Source: Squalus acanthias
Taxonomy: Eukaryota
Reading direction: 5' to 3'
DNA length: 64,000 nt
Assembly: GCA_030390025.1 (NCBI GenBank)
Contig: CM059432.1
Location: 115,818,001 to 115,882,000 of the forward strand
A program made the translations under genes and the position numbers. Position 1 is the stretch's first letter, and each line of letters opens with the position of its first letter. The notes beneath the pieces are model-generated. The model did not search any database. It was not told where the DNA came from and saw nothing but the letters and a program-made list of their open reading frames with translations. Shown piece after piece: positions 50,682-63,413 of the stretch.

Positions 50682-52635
50682 ATGGTAGAGTCTCAGCACA
50701 GGGAGAGAGCCCACAGATTCTCCATCGCGGCTCTTGAGGCACTGGTCGTGGCTGTGGAGAGGCGGCTGGCTGTCCTCTTCTCACACACTGGCAGGAAGCC
50801 CTCGCCACACACCTCGTGAAGGATCTGGCAGGAGATAGCCACCCATGTGATGGTCAGTACTGTGGTCCCAAGGTTGGCCATCCAGTGCCGAACGAAGTTT
50901 AATGACCTCACATGGCAGGTCAAGGTAAGTGAAGGCTTCAGCAAATGCCATATCCCACCATCTGCACCACAAGCCTTACACACTGCTCAATGCACCACAC
51001 CCCCAGCACTCACCTACCAACAATCTCTACCTATCACCACTCAGACCTCACAATCATAGCTTCACTTCACCCTCACAACCTTACCACTGCTGTAACACTT
51101 ACACCCACATCTCACACCTTGCACACACTGACAGTTGTACAACAATGGCAGGCACATCACCCAAACACATTGCACCACACTCACTCACACACTTCTCTTT
51201 CTCTTGCAGGCCAAGGGCACGCATAATCGGAGAGAGCAGCGGCAGGCAGCAGGCCTGGGGAAAGCTGCCATCCAGGACCTCAGCCATCTGGAGGAGAGAG
51301 TTCTGGAGCTCTTTGGGCAGCAGATAATGGAGGCCGTGGCAACCGGTGAGGTTGAAGCCCTTGGGGACAACAAGGGTATTCTCATTCCTAATCCTACTTC
51401 TCACATCCCAATTCCCCCTCATCCCACAATCTCTTCTCACTTTCAAGCTGCTGATGCTGTATGCATGCATAGCTTACTTCCCCCCCCCGCCCCGCGACCT
51501 CTCACCATAACCTGACTCTTGTGCTTTTCTGCTTTCAGCTAATCAAGACCAAGCACCCAAGCAGCCTGTCTCCGAGGCGATGCAGGAGAGCGAGGGGGGA
51601 GAAGAAGAAGAAGACACAGCATCACTGCATCTGCCACTCACTGACACCAGCTCAGAAACTGGCACTGCGCGTACTTTAGAGGCTAGTGTAGTAGCGGGAT
51701 CTGCACAAGGTGAGGCACCGGGGATGAGTGGGCTGCAGCAAGGCCAGGGGGAAAGGATAGCTCGGGGGCCAGCTCCCCGGAGGGCAGGTTCGCGCGTGAG
51801 TTCTGCGGCACAGGACTCAGATGAAGACCTCGATGGGGCGGCCTTCAGAAGAAGGGTGATGGGCATGCACACCGAATTGCTAGGTGCAATGGCAAACCTG
51901 CCAGAGAGCCTCTTGGCAATGTCAAGGAGTGTGGAGGAGTCTGCCTCCAACATTGCACGGGGCTCTGGGCAGAGCTTGGAGCCCAGGATTTCCAGGCTGG
52001 AAATGATGGAAGACTTGTGGAGAGACTGTGTTGACCCAGACATGATGCAGTGTGTGATGGGCGATGTCGTGGCTGCCACTGCAGCACAGGCGGAAGTGAC
52101 CCAACATCTTAGTGCTGCAGCGGAACACAGTCCACTCTCATGAACTCTCAGCTTGATGCCACCCATGCTCAGACCGCTTTCATGCAGTCTCAGCTTGATG
52201 CCAACCAAGCTCAGGATACTGCCATCGTGGCTGGGTTTACCAGTGTCGACCTAGTCTTGCAGGGTGTTGCAGCAGGCCAGCAATCTGTGCTCCACCAGAT
52301 TGCTAGGAATGCTGAGGCGCCGCCCCGGGTGAGTGACAGTGGGTCAGTGGAGCAGGACCTTGCTGTCCTCACTCAGGATGACAGTATTCCTGCTCCCACC
52401 ACTGCCACACCGCCATTGCCCTTGCCGCTGCCTGTCAGCCAGCCAGTAGACTGCTGCCGCCCATGCCAAGGTGGTGCAGTCTACAGCCAGGCCTTCTAGG
52501 GCCAGAGCTGCTCGAGGTCATCCTGCAAGACCATCTGAAGTCTCCCGCATGGAAATGCAGCAGCCTTCCACCAGCCATGCTGTAGCCACTGGGGGAGCAC
52601 TTCGTAGGAGCACTAGATCAGGAAAGGGCAACTGA
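50682..52635 (+). pseudogene. Harbinger Myb/SANT gene, exons 50682-50924, 51210-51375, 51539-~52635
   Basis: Close paralog of the 22006 gene; in-frame TGA at 50817 and frameshifts in exon 3. Confidence 0.85.
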
Positions 52636-52848
52636 ACGACAGGCACTAAGGGATTGCACAAGGGTGATTTGTTCATATCGTAAGTGTAAATATGTGTCAA
52701 TTGATTTTGGATAAATTTATTAATTTTGTTTGGAATCTTTTGTGGTGTCTCTCATTTCAGCTTTATGTCCAGGAGGACGCTGTGATGTTCCGTGACAGAG
52801 GAATGGTATGATGGGGATGTGGTGAGCAACGGGAATCTGGGGTTTCAT

Positions 52849-53913
52849 TCACTGGAATCGGAGTCTGATGAGGCAGTCACGAACAGCCCGTCTGGAAGGG
52901 GGAATTACTGCCTGCCTCCTCCCTCCATCCTCGCCCTCTTCCTCTTGCTCATCTTCTTCTTCCTCTTCCTCCTCCTCCTCCTCTCCCTTGTCCTCCTCCT
53001 GAGGTGGTCCCGCAATCCCTGGTGGCAAGGGCTGCATCCTCATGATGGCCAAGTTGTGGAGCATGCAGCAGACCACCAATAAATGGGACACCCGCTCAGC
53101 CGAGTCCTGGAGGGCTCCTCCTGAGCAGTCAAGGCAGCGGAACCGTTGCTTCAGTAGCTCAATGGTCTGCTCAATGATGTTCCTGGTGGAAACATGGCTC
53201 TCATTGTATGACTGTTGGGCACGAGTGTTGGGGTTGCGGAGGGGAGTCATGAGCCAGGTGCAGATCAGATAGCCCTAGTCTCTGAGCAGCCACCCTCGAG
53301 TTTCATGTGGTGGCTGGAAGATTGCTGGCACACCGGACTGATGCAGGATGAAGGCATCATGGCTGCTGCCAGGATAGCAGGCATTGACCAGGATAGCGTG
53401 TTCGCACACCAAATGCACATTAAGTGAGTGGTAGCCTTTGCAGTTACAGAATATCTTAGGATTGTCTGCTCAGAGAGAAAACAACGTAATCCCTTCTCCT
53501 GATGTAGAGAGCCTCAGTGACGGCCCGGATGCAGCGATGGACGGCAAACTTCAAGATGTTAGCTATGTCTCCTGCTGCAGACTGGAAGGATCCGCTGGTG
53601 AAGAGATTGAGGGCGACGGTGACTTTGACTGCTACTGAGAGAGCCATGGTCATCCTGGTCTCAGGCTGCAGGTCTGGTTGCAGGAGGTGACCACCTCCTT
53701 GGTGAAGCGTAGCCTCCTAATACACTGCTCCTCGCTTAAGTGGATATAAGAGAAGTGCTCTCGGAAGAGCCTAGGTGGGTAAGGCCTCTTGTGGAGAGCC
53801 CCCCTGGCCCTCCTCCTCCTCCCTCTGTGCACATCTTCTCCTCTTCTTCGCTGCCTCTGCTCCCTCTCCCTAAGATACTCGAGCGCGAGGGGAACTGCAA
53901 GTAGAGCCTCCAT
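52849..53913 (-). pseudogene. Harbinger transposase with internal deletions
   Basis: [50 protein letters not shown] region deleted. Confidence 0.88.
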
Positions 53914-54206
53914 GACTGAGAGCGAGTGTTGTGAGCAGAAGCCTTTAAATAAGAATGAAGGCATTCCCCACTTGCAACAACACTCCCTGTTACCTCAGAA
54001 CCTTGAAAGAAGTTGATAAAGCTGTTGACGTTGCATAAAGTTGCACAGAGCCAGTCAGACTGCAGAAACATGTCAGGTGCAAGTTGTTGCTGATGATCCC
54101 TTTAAATATCGCTGCTGGAGCCTCCTTCCTGCTTCTCAACGCTTGCTCAGCTCGTCGCACTTAAGGCATGCTAGTAAGTGGAGCAGTGAATTTGAAACTC
54201 GCAGAT

Positions 54207-54509
54207 CATAAGAACATAGGAACATAGGAACAGGAATAGGCCATTCAGCCCCTCGAGCCTGCTCCGCCATTCAATGAGATCATGGCTGATCTGTGATCTA
54301 ACTCCATATACCCGCCTTTGGCCCATATCCCTCAATACCTTTGGTTAACAGAAAGCAATCAATCTCAGATTTAAAATTAACAATTGATCGAGCATCAATT
54401 GCCGTTTGTGGAAGAGAGTTCCAAACTTCTACCACCCTTTGTGTGTAGAAGTGTTTCCTAATTTCACTCCTGAAAGGTCTGGCTCTAATTTTTAGACTAT
54501 GCCCCCTAG
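54207..54509 (-). mobile_element. CR1 3' fragment inside HC
   Basis: Tail (CATAGGAA)n; same family as 63414-64000. Confidence 0.85.
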
Positions 54510-54909
54510 CTCTGAGTGTTGCCCTCTCAGTGACATCACGATCTGCATAATCTACATATCCCTAGCGAGTGCGGACATTGGCAACGCTGTGGGCCATCCG
54601 AAAATGGCAGCCACCACGGGACCCGCCGGCCGCCATTTTTTCGCCCGAATCTGGTGGTAACGGGTGGCGCTAATCCCCAAAATTTCTAGGCCATAGAATC
54701 TATCATTAGGAACAAAGTTGAGGAAAACCTGTATGAAAATAACTTAGTAAGTGGCAACCAACATCATTTTAGACGATTAGACCTTGCCTGATGAAACTCC
54801 TGGATTTTTTTGCAGAAGTGCTATCCCAGGTGGACATTGGAAAGCACTATGGTTAAAGTATACGTAGACTTCCAGGAAGCCCTTAATAAAGTGCCACATG
54901 AAAGACAAA

Positions 54910-55350
54910 GGCCTAGAAATTGGATAAGGCCTGAAAACGGGCGGGGGCATCGCCCCGCGCTATTTGCCTGCGCCCGTTCAAAGTGGTGCAGGCAGCATGC
55001 AACATTCTCAGCATGACCTCAGCACTAAACATGCTGCTGATTGGCTTAGCGCTCAACATGGGGGCCAATATCGGGTGCAGTCTACTGGCCAATAAAATTT
55101 GGCCTAGACTCTCTGCACTACTTAAAGGGGAGGTGCTTTGTTGCAGAAGCAACTCATTGTCAGTCTAAACAAAGCCATGGGCCGACAGCCGAGGGAAAGA
55201 TTTTCCGATGCAGGACTGAAGGTCCTGGGTCCAAAGACACCGTGAGGTCCTCTACCCGCAGGGGGGCAGGAGGCCTTCAAGTTTGAACACAAGAAGGATC
55301 TGGGAGGAGCTTGCTCAAGCTGTCACCACAATGAGTGTTGTCCCCCAGGA
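54910..55350 (+). mobile_element. Truncated Harbinger left end with decayed Myb exon 1
   Basis: GGCCTAGAAATTGGATA identical to the HC left TIR; CTTAAAGGGGAGGTGC; ATG at ~55178. Confidence 0.8.
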
Positions 55351-55529
55351 CTATTAAAGTGATCTCTACCTGCAAATATAGGTGCATTCTGGCCAAATTA
55401 CATTCAAGTGAGGATGAAGTGGGGAGAAAAAAAGTCACTAAATCTGAGGCTGTAGTGCTGAGCTGTATAGTGTCGTTTATCAGGCCTTATCTGGAATATT
55501 GCATTCAGTTCAGCTCTCCCCACCATCAC

Positions 55530-57015
55530 AGAAGCCCGTCTTCAGCTAATTCGATTCACTCCACGTGATATCAATAAACGGCTGAGCGCACTGGATACAG
55601 CAAAGGCTATGGGCCCTGACAACATCCTGGCTGCCGTGTTGAAGACTTGAGCTTTAGAACTAGCCACGCCTCTAGCCAAGCTGTTCCAGTACAGCTACAA
55701 CACTGGCATCTACCTGACAATGTGCCCAGGTATGTCCTGTCCACAAAAAGCAGGACAAATCCAAGCTGGCCAATTACCGCCCCATCAGTCTACACTCAAT
55801 CATCAGCAAAGTGATGGAAGGTGTCATCGACAGTGCTATCAAGCGGCACTTACTCACCAATAACCTGCTCACCGATGCTCAGTTTGGGTTCCGTCAGGAC
55901 CACTTGGCTCCAGACCTCATTACTGCCTTGGTCCAAACATGGACAGAAGTGCTGAATTCCAGAGGTGAGGTGAGAGTGACTGTCCTTGACATCAAGGCAG
56001 CATTTGACCAAGTGTGGCATAAAGGAGCCCTATTAAAATTGAAGTCAAGGGGAATCAGGGGGAAAACTCTCCACTGGCTGGAGTCATACCTAGCACAAAG
56101 AAAGATGGTTGCAGTTGTTGAAGGTCAATCATCTCAGCCCCAGGAAATTGTTGCAGGAGTTCCTCAGGGCCGTGTCCTAGGCCCAACCATCTTCAGCTGC
56201 TTCATCAATGACCTTGCCTCCAACATAAGGTCAGAAATGGGGTGTTTGCTGATGACTGCACAGTGTTCAGTTCTATTCGCAACTCCTCAAATAATGAATG
56301 AGTCCATGCCCGCATGCAACAAGACCTGGATGACATTCAGGCTTGGGCTGATAAGTGGCAAGTAACGTTCATGCCAGAAAAGTGCCAGGCAATGACGATC
56401 TCCAACAAGCGAGAGTCTAACCACCACCCCTTGACATTCAACGGTATTACCATCGCCAAATCCCCCACCATCAACATCCTGGGGGTCACCATTGACCAGA
56501 AACTTAACTGGACCAGCCACATAAATACTGTGGCTACAAGAGCAGGTCAGAGGCTGGGTATTCTGTGGCACGTGTCTTACCTCCTGACTCCCCAAAGCCT
56601 TTCCACCATCCAAAAGGCACAAGTCTGGAATGTGATGGAATACCCTCCACTTGCCTGGATGAGTGCAGCTCCAACAACACTCAAGAAGTTCGACACCATC
56701 CAGGACAAAGCAGCCCACTTGATTGGCAGCCCATCCACCACCTTAAACATTCACTCCCTCCACCAGCGGTGTACCGTGGCTGCAGTGTGTACCATCTACA
56801 AGATGCACTGCAGCAACTCGCCAAGGCTTCTTCGGCAGCACCTCCCAAACCCACGACCTCTACCACCTAGAAGGACAAGGGCAGCAGGCGCATGGGAACA
56901 CCACCACCTCCAAGTTCCCCTCCAAGTCACACACCATCCTAACTTGGAAGTATATCGCCGATCCTTCATCGTCGCTGGGTCAAAATCCTGGAACTCCCTC
57001 CCTAACACCTCTGTG
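55530..57015 (+). mobile_element. CR1/L2-group LINE RT (family distinct from the main CR1s)
   Basis: GPDNI, NYRPISL, QFGFR, LDIKAAFDQVWH, GVPQG, WADKWQVTF, LGVTIDQKLNW. Confidence 0.85.
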
Positions 57016-57918
57016 AAGGCATTTCCTGCCAAAGTTACACCATGACAATTTTAACAACTAAATATTTTTTTCCTTCTTCCTTAAAGGTTGTATAAAATGG
57101 TGCAGTACAGTTACTACAAAATTTTCTATTGCAAAGTTATTACAGTACAGGGAGAGTATACTGCAATAGACAACTATAAATAAGGTTCACAATTGTGATA
57201 AATAGCACTCCTTTTAAAGTACATTTTTACAATGTAGGAATTGTTACTAAGAACAACGCTCCTTGACTAAGCATCTATTATACTTAGCCCACATTTTTCT
57301 AGATTATTTTGTGTTTTGTCTCCAATGGGGAATAAGCCATTTCTGAATTCCGACAGCAAGCTGACAAACTGCCTCGTTTAAATGAAATTATCGAGCTGAG
57401 GATACCTGCTGGTTGTCCCCAGGCAGTTCCCCGGTGAAGAGGTTTGGAACTTCGGGCCGCTGCATCACTGGCAGCAGCCCTCAGGTAAGTGCTTAAAGGG
57501 GAAGGGAAGGCATTTGGAACATCGTGATGGGGAGATCGCGGGGTGGGGGAGGCTAGCAGTGATCGGCAGTGGCCCATGCTTTTAAAGTGGAGCTGGCAGG
57601 AGCACTCCAGCACCTCCCGGCTCCACGTCCAGGTAAATATTTTATAAACACTTACATTTTTGGTGGTGGCCTACCTAGTTGTACTGAACGCAGCCGGCCC
57701 GGCTCCTGCTGCGTTCAGGGCAACTCAAATTTGCTCAAATAGGCGTGAGGCCATTTATTTTCACAGGCAAAGGGTGTAACGCCGGTTTCAGGTGCTGGGC
57801 CTGGACACTTATATTTTTGCCTATAATAATTTCTAAATTTGCGGATGACACTAAATTGGGGGGGATAGTTAATACTGAGGAGGACTGCAACAATAGATAG
57901 GAGGACATTAATAATAAG

Positions 57919-60900
57919 AACATAATAAGAAATAGGAGCAGGAATAGGCCACTTGGCCCCTCGAGCCTGCTCCGCCATTCAATAAGATCATGGCTGATCT
58001 TGGGCTCCAAGCCACTTCCCAGCCCGCTCCCCATAACCCTTCACTCCCTTATCTTGCAAAAATTTGTCTATCTCCACCTTAAATGTATTTAATGACCCAG
58101 CCTCCACGGCTCTCTGGGGCAGAGAATTCCACAGATTTACGACCCTCTGAGAGAAGAAATTCCTCCTCATCTCAGTTCTAAAAGGACGACCCTTTATTCT
58201 GAAACTGTGCCCCCGAGTTCTAGATTTCCCCACGAGGGAAAACATCCTCTCTGCATCTATCTTGTCGAGCCCCCTCAGTATCTTATATGTTTCAATCATT
58301 CTTCTAAATTCCAATGAGTATAGGCCCAGCCTGCTCAACCTTTCCTCATAAATCAACCCCCTCATCTCTGGAATTAACCTAGTGAATCATCTCAGAACTG
58401 CCTCCAATGCAAATATATCCTTCCTTAAATAAGGAGACCAAAACTGTATGCAGTACTCAAGGTGTGGTCTCACCAATACCCTGTACAGTTGTAGCAGGAC
58501 TTCCCTGCTTTTATACTCCAACCCCCTTGAAATAAGGGCCAACATTCCATTTGCCTTTTTGATTACTTGCTGTACCTGCATGCTAACTTTTTGTGTTTCA
58601 TGCACAAGGACCCCCAGGTCCCTCTGAACTGTAGCATTTTGTAATCTCTCTCCATTTAAATAATAATTTGCTTTTTTATTTTTTCTGCCAAAGTGGATAA
58701 CCTCGCACTTTCCCACATTATACTCCATCTGCCAAATGTTTGCCCACTCACTTAGCCTGTCTATATCCCTTTGCAGATTCTTTGAGTCCTCTGCACAACT
58801 TGCTTTCCCACCCATCTTTGTATCATCCGCAAACTTGGCTACATTACACTCGGTCCCTTCATCCAAGTCATTAATGTAGATTGTAAATAGTTGAGGCCCC
58901 AGTACCGATCCCTGTGGCACCCCACTAGTTACCGTTTGCCAACCAGAAAATGACCCATTCATCCCGACTCTCTGCTTTCTGTTAGTTAGCCAATTCTCTA
59001 TCCATGCTAATATATTACCCCCAATTCCGTGAGCTCTTATCTTATGCAGTAACCTTTTATGTGGCACCTTATCGAATGCCTTCTGGAAATCCAAATACAC
59101 CACATCCACTGGCTCACCTTTGTCCACCCTGCTCGTTACATCCTCAAAGAACTCCAGCAAATTTGTTAAACATGATTTCCCTTTCATAAAACCATGCTGA
59201 CTCTGCTTGACTGCATTAAGATTTTCCAAATGCCCTGCTACTGCTTCCTTAATGAAGGACTCCAGCATTTTCCCAACGACAGATGTTAAGCTAACTGGCC
59301 TATAGTTTCCTGCTTTCTGTCACCCTCCTTTCTTAAATAGGAGTGTTACATTTGCAGTTTTCCAATCCGCTGGGAGCTCTCCAGAGTCCAGGGAATTTTG
59401 GTATATTGCAACCAATGCACCCACTATCTCTGCAGCCACTTCTTTTAAGACCCTGGGATGCAGGCCATCTGGTCCAGGGGACTTGTCATCTTTTAGTCCC
59501 ATTATTTTACCAAGTACTATTTCCTTAGTGATAGTGATTGTCTTTAGTTCCCCCTCCCTGTGGCCCCTTGATCATCCATTATTGGGATGTTGTTAGTGTC
59601 TTCTACCGTGAAGACAGATACAAAATATTTGTTCAGAGTCTCTGCCATTTCCCTGTTCCCCATTATTAATTCCCCAGTCTCATCCTCTAAGGGACCAATG
59701 TTTACTTTAGCTACTCTCTTCCTTTTGATATACCTGTAGAAGCTCTTACTATCTGTTTTAATATTTCTTGCCAGTTTACTCTCATAATTCATCTTCTCTC
59801 TCTTTATTATTCTTTTAGTCATCCTTTGCTGGTTTTTAAAAATTTCCCAATCCTCTGGTCTCCCACCAATCTTGGCAACATTGTATGCCTTTGTTTTCAA
59901 TTTGATATCATCCTTTACCTCCTTATTTAGCCATGGATGGTGCTCCCTTCTCTTAAAATCTTTCTTTCTCACTGGAATATATTTTTGTTGAGAGTTATGA
60001 AATATCTCCTTAAATGTCTGCCACTGCATTTCAACTGTCTTACCCTTTAATTTATTTTTCCAGTCCACTTTAGCCAGTTCTGCTCTCATGCCACTGTAAT
60101 TGCCTTTGTTTAAGATCAGGACACTGGTTTGAGATACAACTTTCTCACCCTTCAACTGAATTTGAAATTCAACCATGCTATGATCGCTCTTTCCTAGAGG
60201 ATCCTTTACTATGAGATCATTTATTAATTCTGTCTCATTACACAGTACCAGATCCAAGATAGCCTGCTCCCTGGTTGGTTCCATTACATACTGTTCTAGG
60301 AAACCATCCCGGATGCACTCTATGAACTCCTCCTCAAGGCTACCATGGCCAATTTGATTTGTCAAATCAATATGGAGAGTAAAATCACCTATGATTATTA
60401 CCGTACCTTTTTTACAGGCCTCCATTATTTGTTGATTTATACTCTGTCCAGCAGCATTGTTACTGTTTGGGGGCCTGTAGATTACGCCCACCAGAGACTT
60501 TTCCCACTTAGTATTTTTTATCTCCACCCAAACCGATTCTACATCTTGATCTTCTGAGCCAATATCACTTCTCACCACTGCACTGATCCCATCCTTTACC
60601 AACAAAGCTACCCCACCTCCCTTTCCTTTCTGTCTATCCTTCCAAATTGTCAAATACCCTGGAATATTCAGTTCCCAGCCCTGGTCACCTTGCAACCACG
60701 TCTCTGTAATGGCGATCAGATCATACCCATTTGTATCTATTTGTGCCGTCAACTCATCTATCTTGTTACGAATGCTGCGTGCATTCAGATATAGAGCTTT
60801 TAACTTTGTCTTTTTACCATTTCTCCTTGTTTTGACCCCATTTTCTGTTCTCTTATTTTTAAACATTCTGTCCCTTCCTGTCACACTCTGGTTATTATTT

Positions 60901-61461
60901 CCCCCATCTATATCCTGCTCTATTGCTTTCTCATTTTTCATTGACTTTTTAAATTCCCGCTCACCTGGATCCTCCCCCCCACTATTTAGTTTAAAGCCCT
61001 CTCTACAGCCCTAGTTATTTGATTTGCCAGGACTCTAGCCCCAGCATGGTTCAAGTGAAGCCCGTCTAAATGGAACAGCTCCCTCTTATCCCAAACTGGT
61101 GCCAGTGCCCCACAAATCGAAACCCATTTCTCCCACACCAGTCTTTGAGCCACTCGTCCATTTCTCTGATCTTATTTACCCTATGCAAATTCGCTCGTGG
61201 CTCAGGTAGTAATCCAGAGATTATTACCTTTGTGGTTCTGCTTTTTAATTTAGCCCCTAGCTGCTCATACTCTCTCAGCAAAACCTCTTTCTTTGTCCTA
61301 CCTATGTCATTGGTACCTACGTGGACCATGACAACTGGATCTTCCCCCTCCCACTCCAGCCCAGAGGAGATGTCCTTAACCCTGGAGCCGGGCAGGCAAC
61401 ACAGCCTTCGGGACTCACGCTCTCGGCTGCAGAAAACAGTATCTATCCCCCTAACTCTACT
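57919..61461 (-). mobile_element. Long CR1: ORF1 SGNH-esterase part, ORF2 (EN+RT) and 3' tail
   Basis: ORF1 CLPGSRVKDI..VHVGTNDIG; ORFs 59544-60941 and 58387-59268; tail CATAA(TAA)GAA. Confidence 0.95.
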
Positions 61462-61462
61462 G

Positions 61463-61866
61463 AGAACATAAGAACATAAGAAATAGGAGCAGGAATAGGC
61501 CACTTGGCCCCTCGAGCCTGCTCTGCCATTCAATAAGATCATGGCTGATCTTGGGCTCAAAGCCACTTCCTCGACCGCTCCCCGTAACCCTTCACTCCCT
61601 TATCTTGCAAAAAATTGTCTATCTCCACCTTAAATGTATTTAATGACCCAGCCTCCACAGCTCTCTGGGGCAGAGAATTCCACAGATTTACGACCCTCTG
61701 AGAGAAGAAATTCCTCCTCATCTCAGTTCTAAATGGGCGACCCTTTATTCTAAAACTGTGCCCCCGCGTTCTAGATTTCCCCACGAGGGGAAACATCCTC
61801 TCTGCATCTACCTTGTCATGCCCCCTCAGTATCTTATATTTTTCAATAAGATCACCTCTCATTCCC
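61463..61866 (-). mobile_element. Second CR1 3' end, same family, abutting the 5' end of the long copy
   Basis: Near-identical to 57919-58300; tail (CATAAGAA)n. Confidence 0.9.
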
Positions 61867-61977
61867 AGTTAGCAACAAAGTTCTTCTGAATTGTTGGTTA
61901 TTATTGAATTCCAGTAAGCAAAATAATAGTCTTTCTCTACCAATGACAGCATGCTTTTATATAGTACAATTAACAAT

Positions 61978-62709
61978 GGCCCGGAATTTGCGGTCAGCGG
62001 CGAAGCAAAGGCGCTTGCCGCTGGCCCCGAAGAAAGCTGCCCACAGAGCAGATCTCGCGATCTCTGTGCCGAGAAGTTAGCCTTTCTCGATGCGTGAGTA
62101 AGATCAGTGTAGAATAGTGGGGAATCCCTAACGCGAGCTGCTGTGACGCCAACGAACTGTCTAAGCAGCCAATCACAGTGCAGAATTCTCACAGACGGCA
62201 AACCAGGAAGTGAAGAAGTTGCTTTTATACAGATTTTTAAAAAATGTTACAGAGAGCAAAACAAAGATTCTGACTCTCACATGGGGAAAAGGTAAACCTG
62301 AAATAAATATGAACAAACTTTTAAAAAATAAAACTTTTTAAAGTTTCTTAAAAATTGTAATTTTCATAATTATGGAGAAATTTGACATGACACAAAATTA
62401 AAATTAGTTTTTCAGGGCCATAATCTCTGTTTAGCCGTCAATATGCTGTATAAATCCCAACAAGGCCTAACTTTTAATGGGGTATTTAACAGCGATATAA
62501 CGGTGGAAAAGCTCAAGTTTACGTCAGTTTTACTGATTGCGCTGATTACACCGATTGCCAGGGGGGTGGGGGCACAGCGCAGCCAATATCGGAGCAGTGA
62601 ATGACTGACTGCAACGTCAGGATTTCCACGTTAGGATGCGCATGCGCTACATCCTGAAGTTGCGGTCAGTTTCAAAGGGGTAATAACAGCGAACACTGTT
62701 CACTTACCT
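61978..62709. mobile_element. Harbinger-type MITE lacking its right TIR
   Basis: Left TIR GGCCCGGAATTT after AAT; AT-rich centre; GCGCATGCGC motif. Confidence 0.6.
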
Positions 62710-63406
62710 TTGGTACTGCAACATTTAGAAGAGTTAACTGGGGCTGTACTGGCACGGGGCCTCGCCCTCCAGCTTCACCGTCTGAGGCAGTGGAGGCAGA
62801 GAGAAAGATTGGAAAACGTGGCCAGAGGGAGGAGGGTCAACAGGCCTCTCCACAGGAGACCTTACCCTTCCAGGGTATTCCGGGAGCAGTTCTCCTACAT
62901 TCATCTGTCAGAGGTGCAGTGCCTTAGAAGGCTCCACTTCAGCAAGGAGGTGGTCACAGAGCTCTGCCACCTCCTGCAGCCAGACCTCCAGCCTCAGCTC
63001 AGGGTTAGCATGTCTCTGCCTGTGGCAGTGAAGGTCACAATCGCTCTCAATTTCTATGCCAGCAGCTCCTTCCAGGCTTCAACAGGGGATATTGCAAACT
63101 TCTCACAGTTCGCCATCCATTGCTGCATCCGGGAGGTCACAGATGCTCTGTACAGAAGGAGAAGGGAGCACATCTCATTCCCCATGACCCGAGACAAACA
63201 GCATGAATGCGCATGTGGCTTCGCTAGGATAGCGGGCTTCCCCATGGTTCAGGGCGCCATTGACTGCACCCACGTGGCATTGCGGGCACCTCATCACAAT
63301 GCAGAGGTGTTCCATAATAACCACAAAGACTACCACTCTCTGAACGTGCAGTTGGTGTGCGACCACAGACAGCGCATCCTCGCTGTCAATGCCCACTATC
63401 CTGGCA
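62710..63406 (+). pseudogene. Harbinger transposase N-terminal half (close paralog of HB transposase)
   Basis: [43 protein letters not shown], truncated at YPG. Confidence 0.9.
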
Positions 63407-63413
63407 CAGACAC

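Larger units (their letters stand above)
50384..54692. mobile_element. Harbinger transposon copy HC
   Basis: Perfect 12-bp TIR GGCCTAGAAATT/AATTTCTAGGCC; flanks ATG/ATA; Myb and transposase convergent. Confidence 0.92.
50170..55530 (+). mobile_element. Old CR1 RT in three pieces (50170-50383, 54693-54909, ~55355-55530), split by two Harbingers
   Basis: LASVTGKIM | ESIIRNK, YVDFQEALNKVPH, RPYLEYCIQF. Confidence 0.7.

Noticed and set aside
17405..54910. Specific targeting of CR1 by Harbinger elements
   Set aside because: Several insertions are in CR1 but at unrelated positions, and CR1 is abundant enough for chance to explain it.
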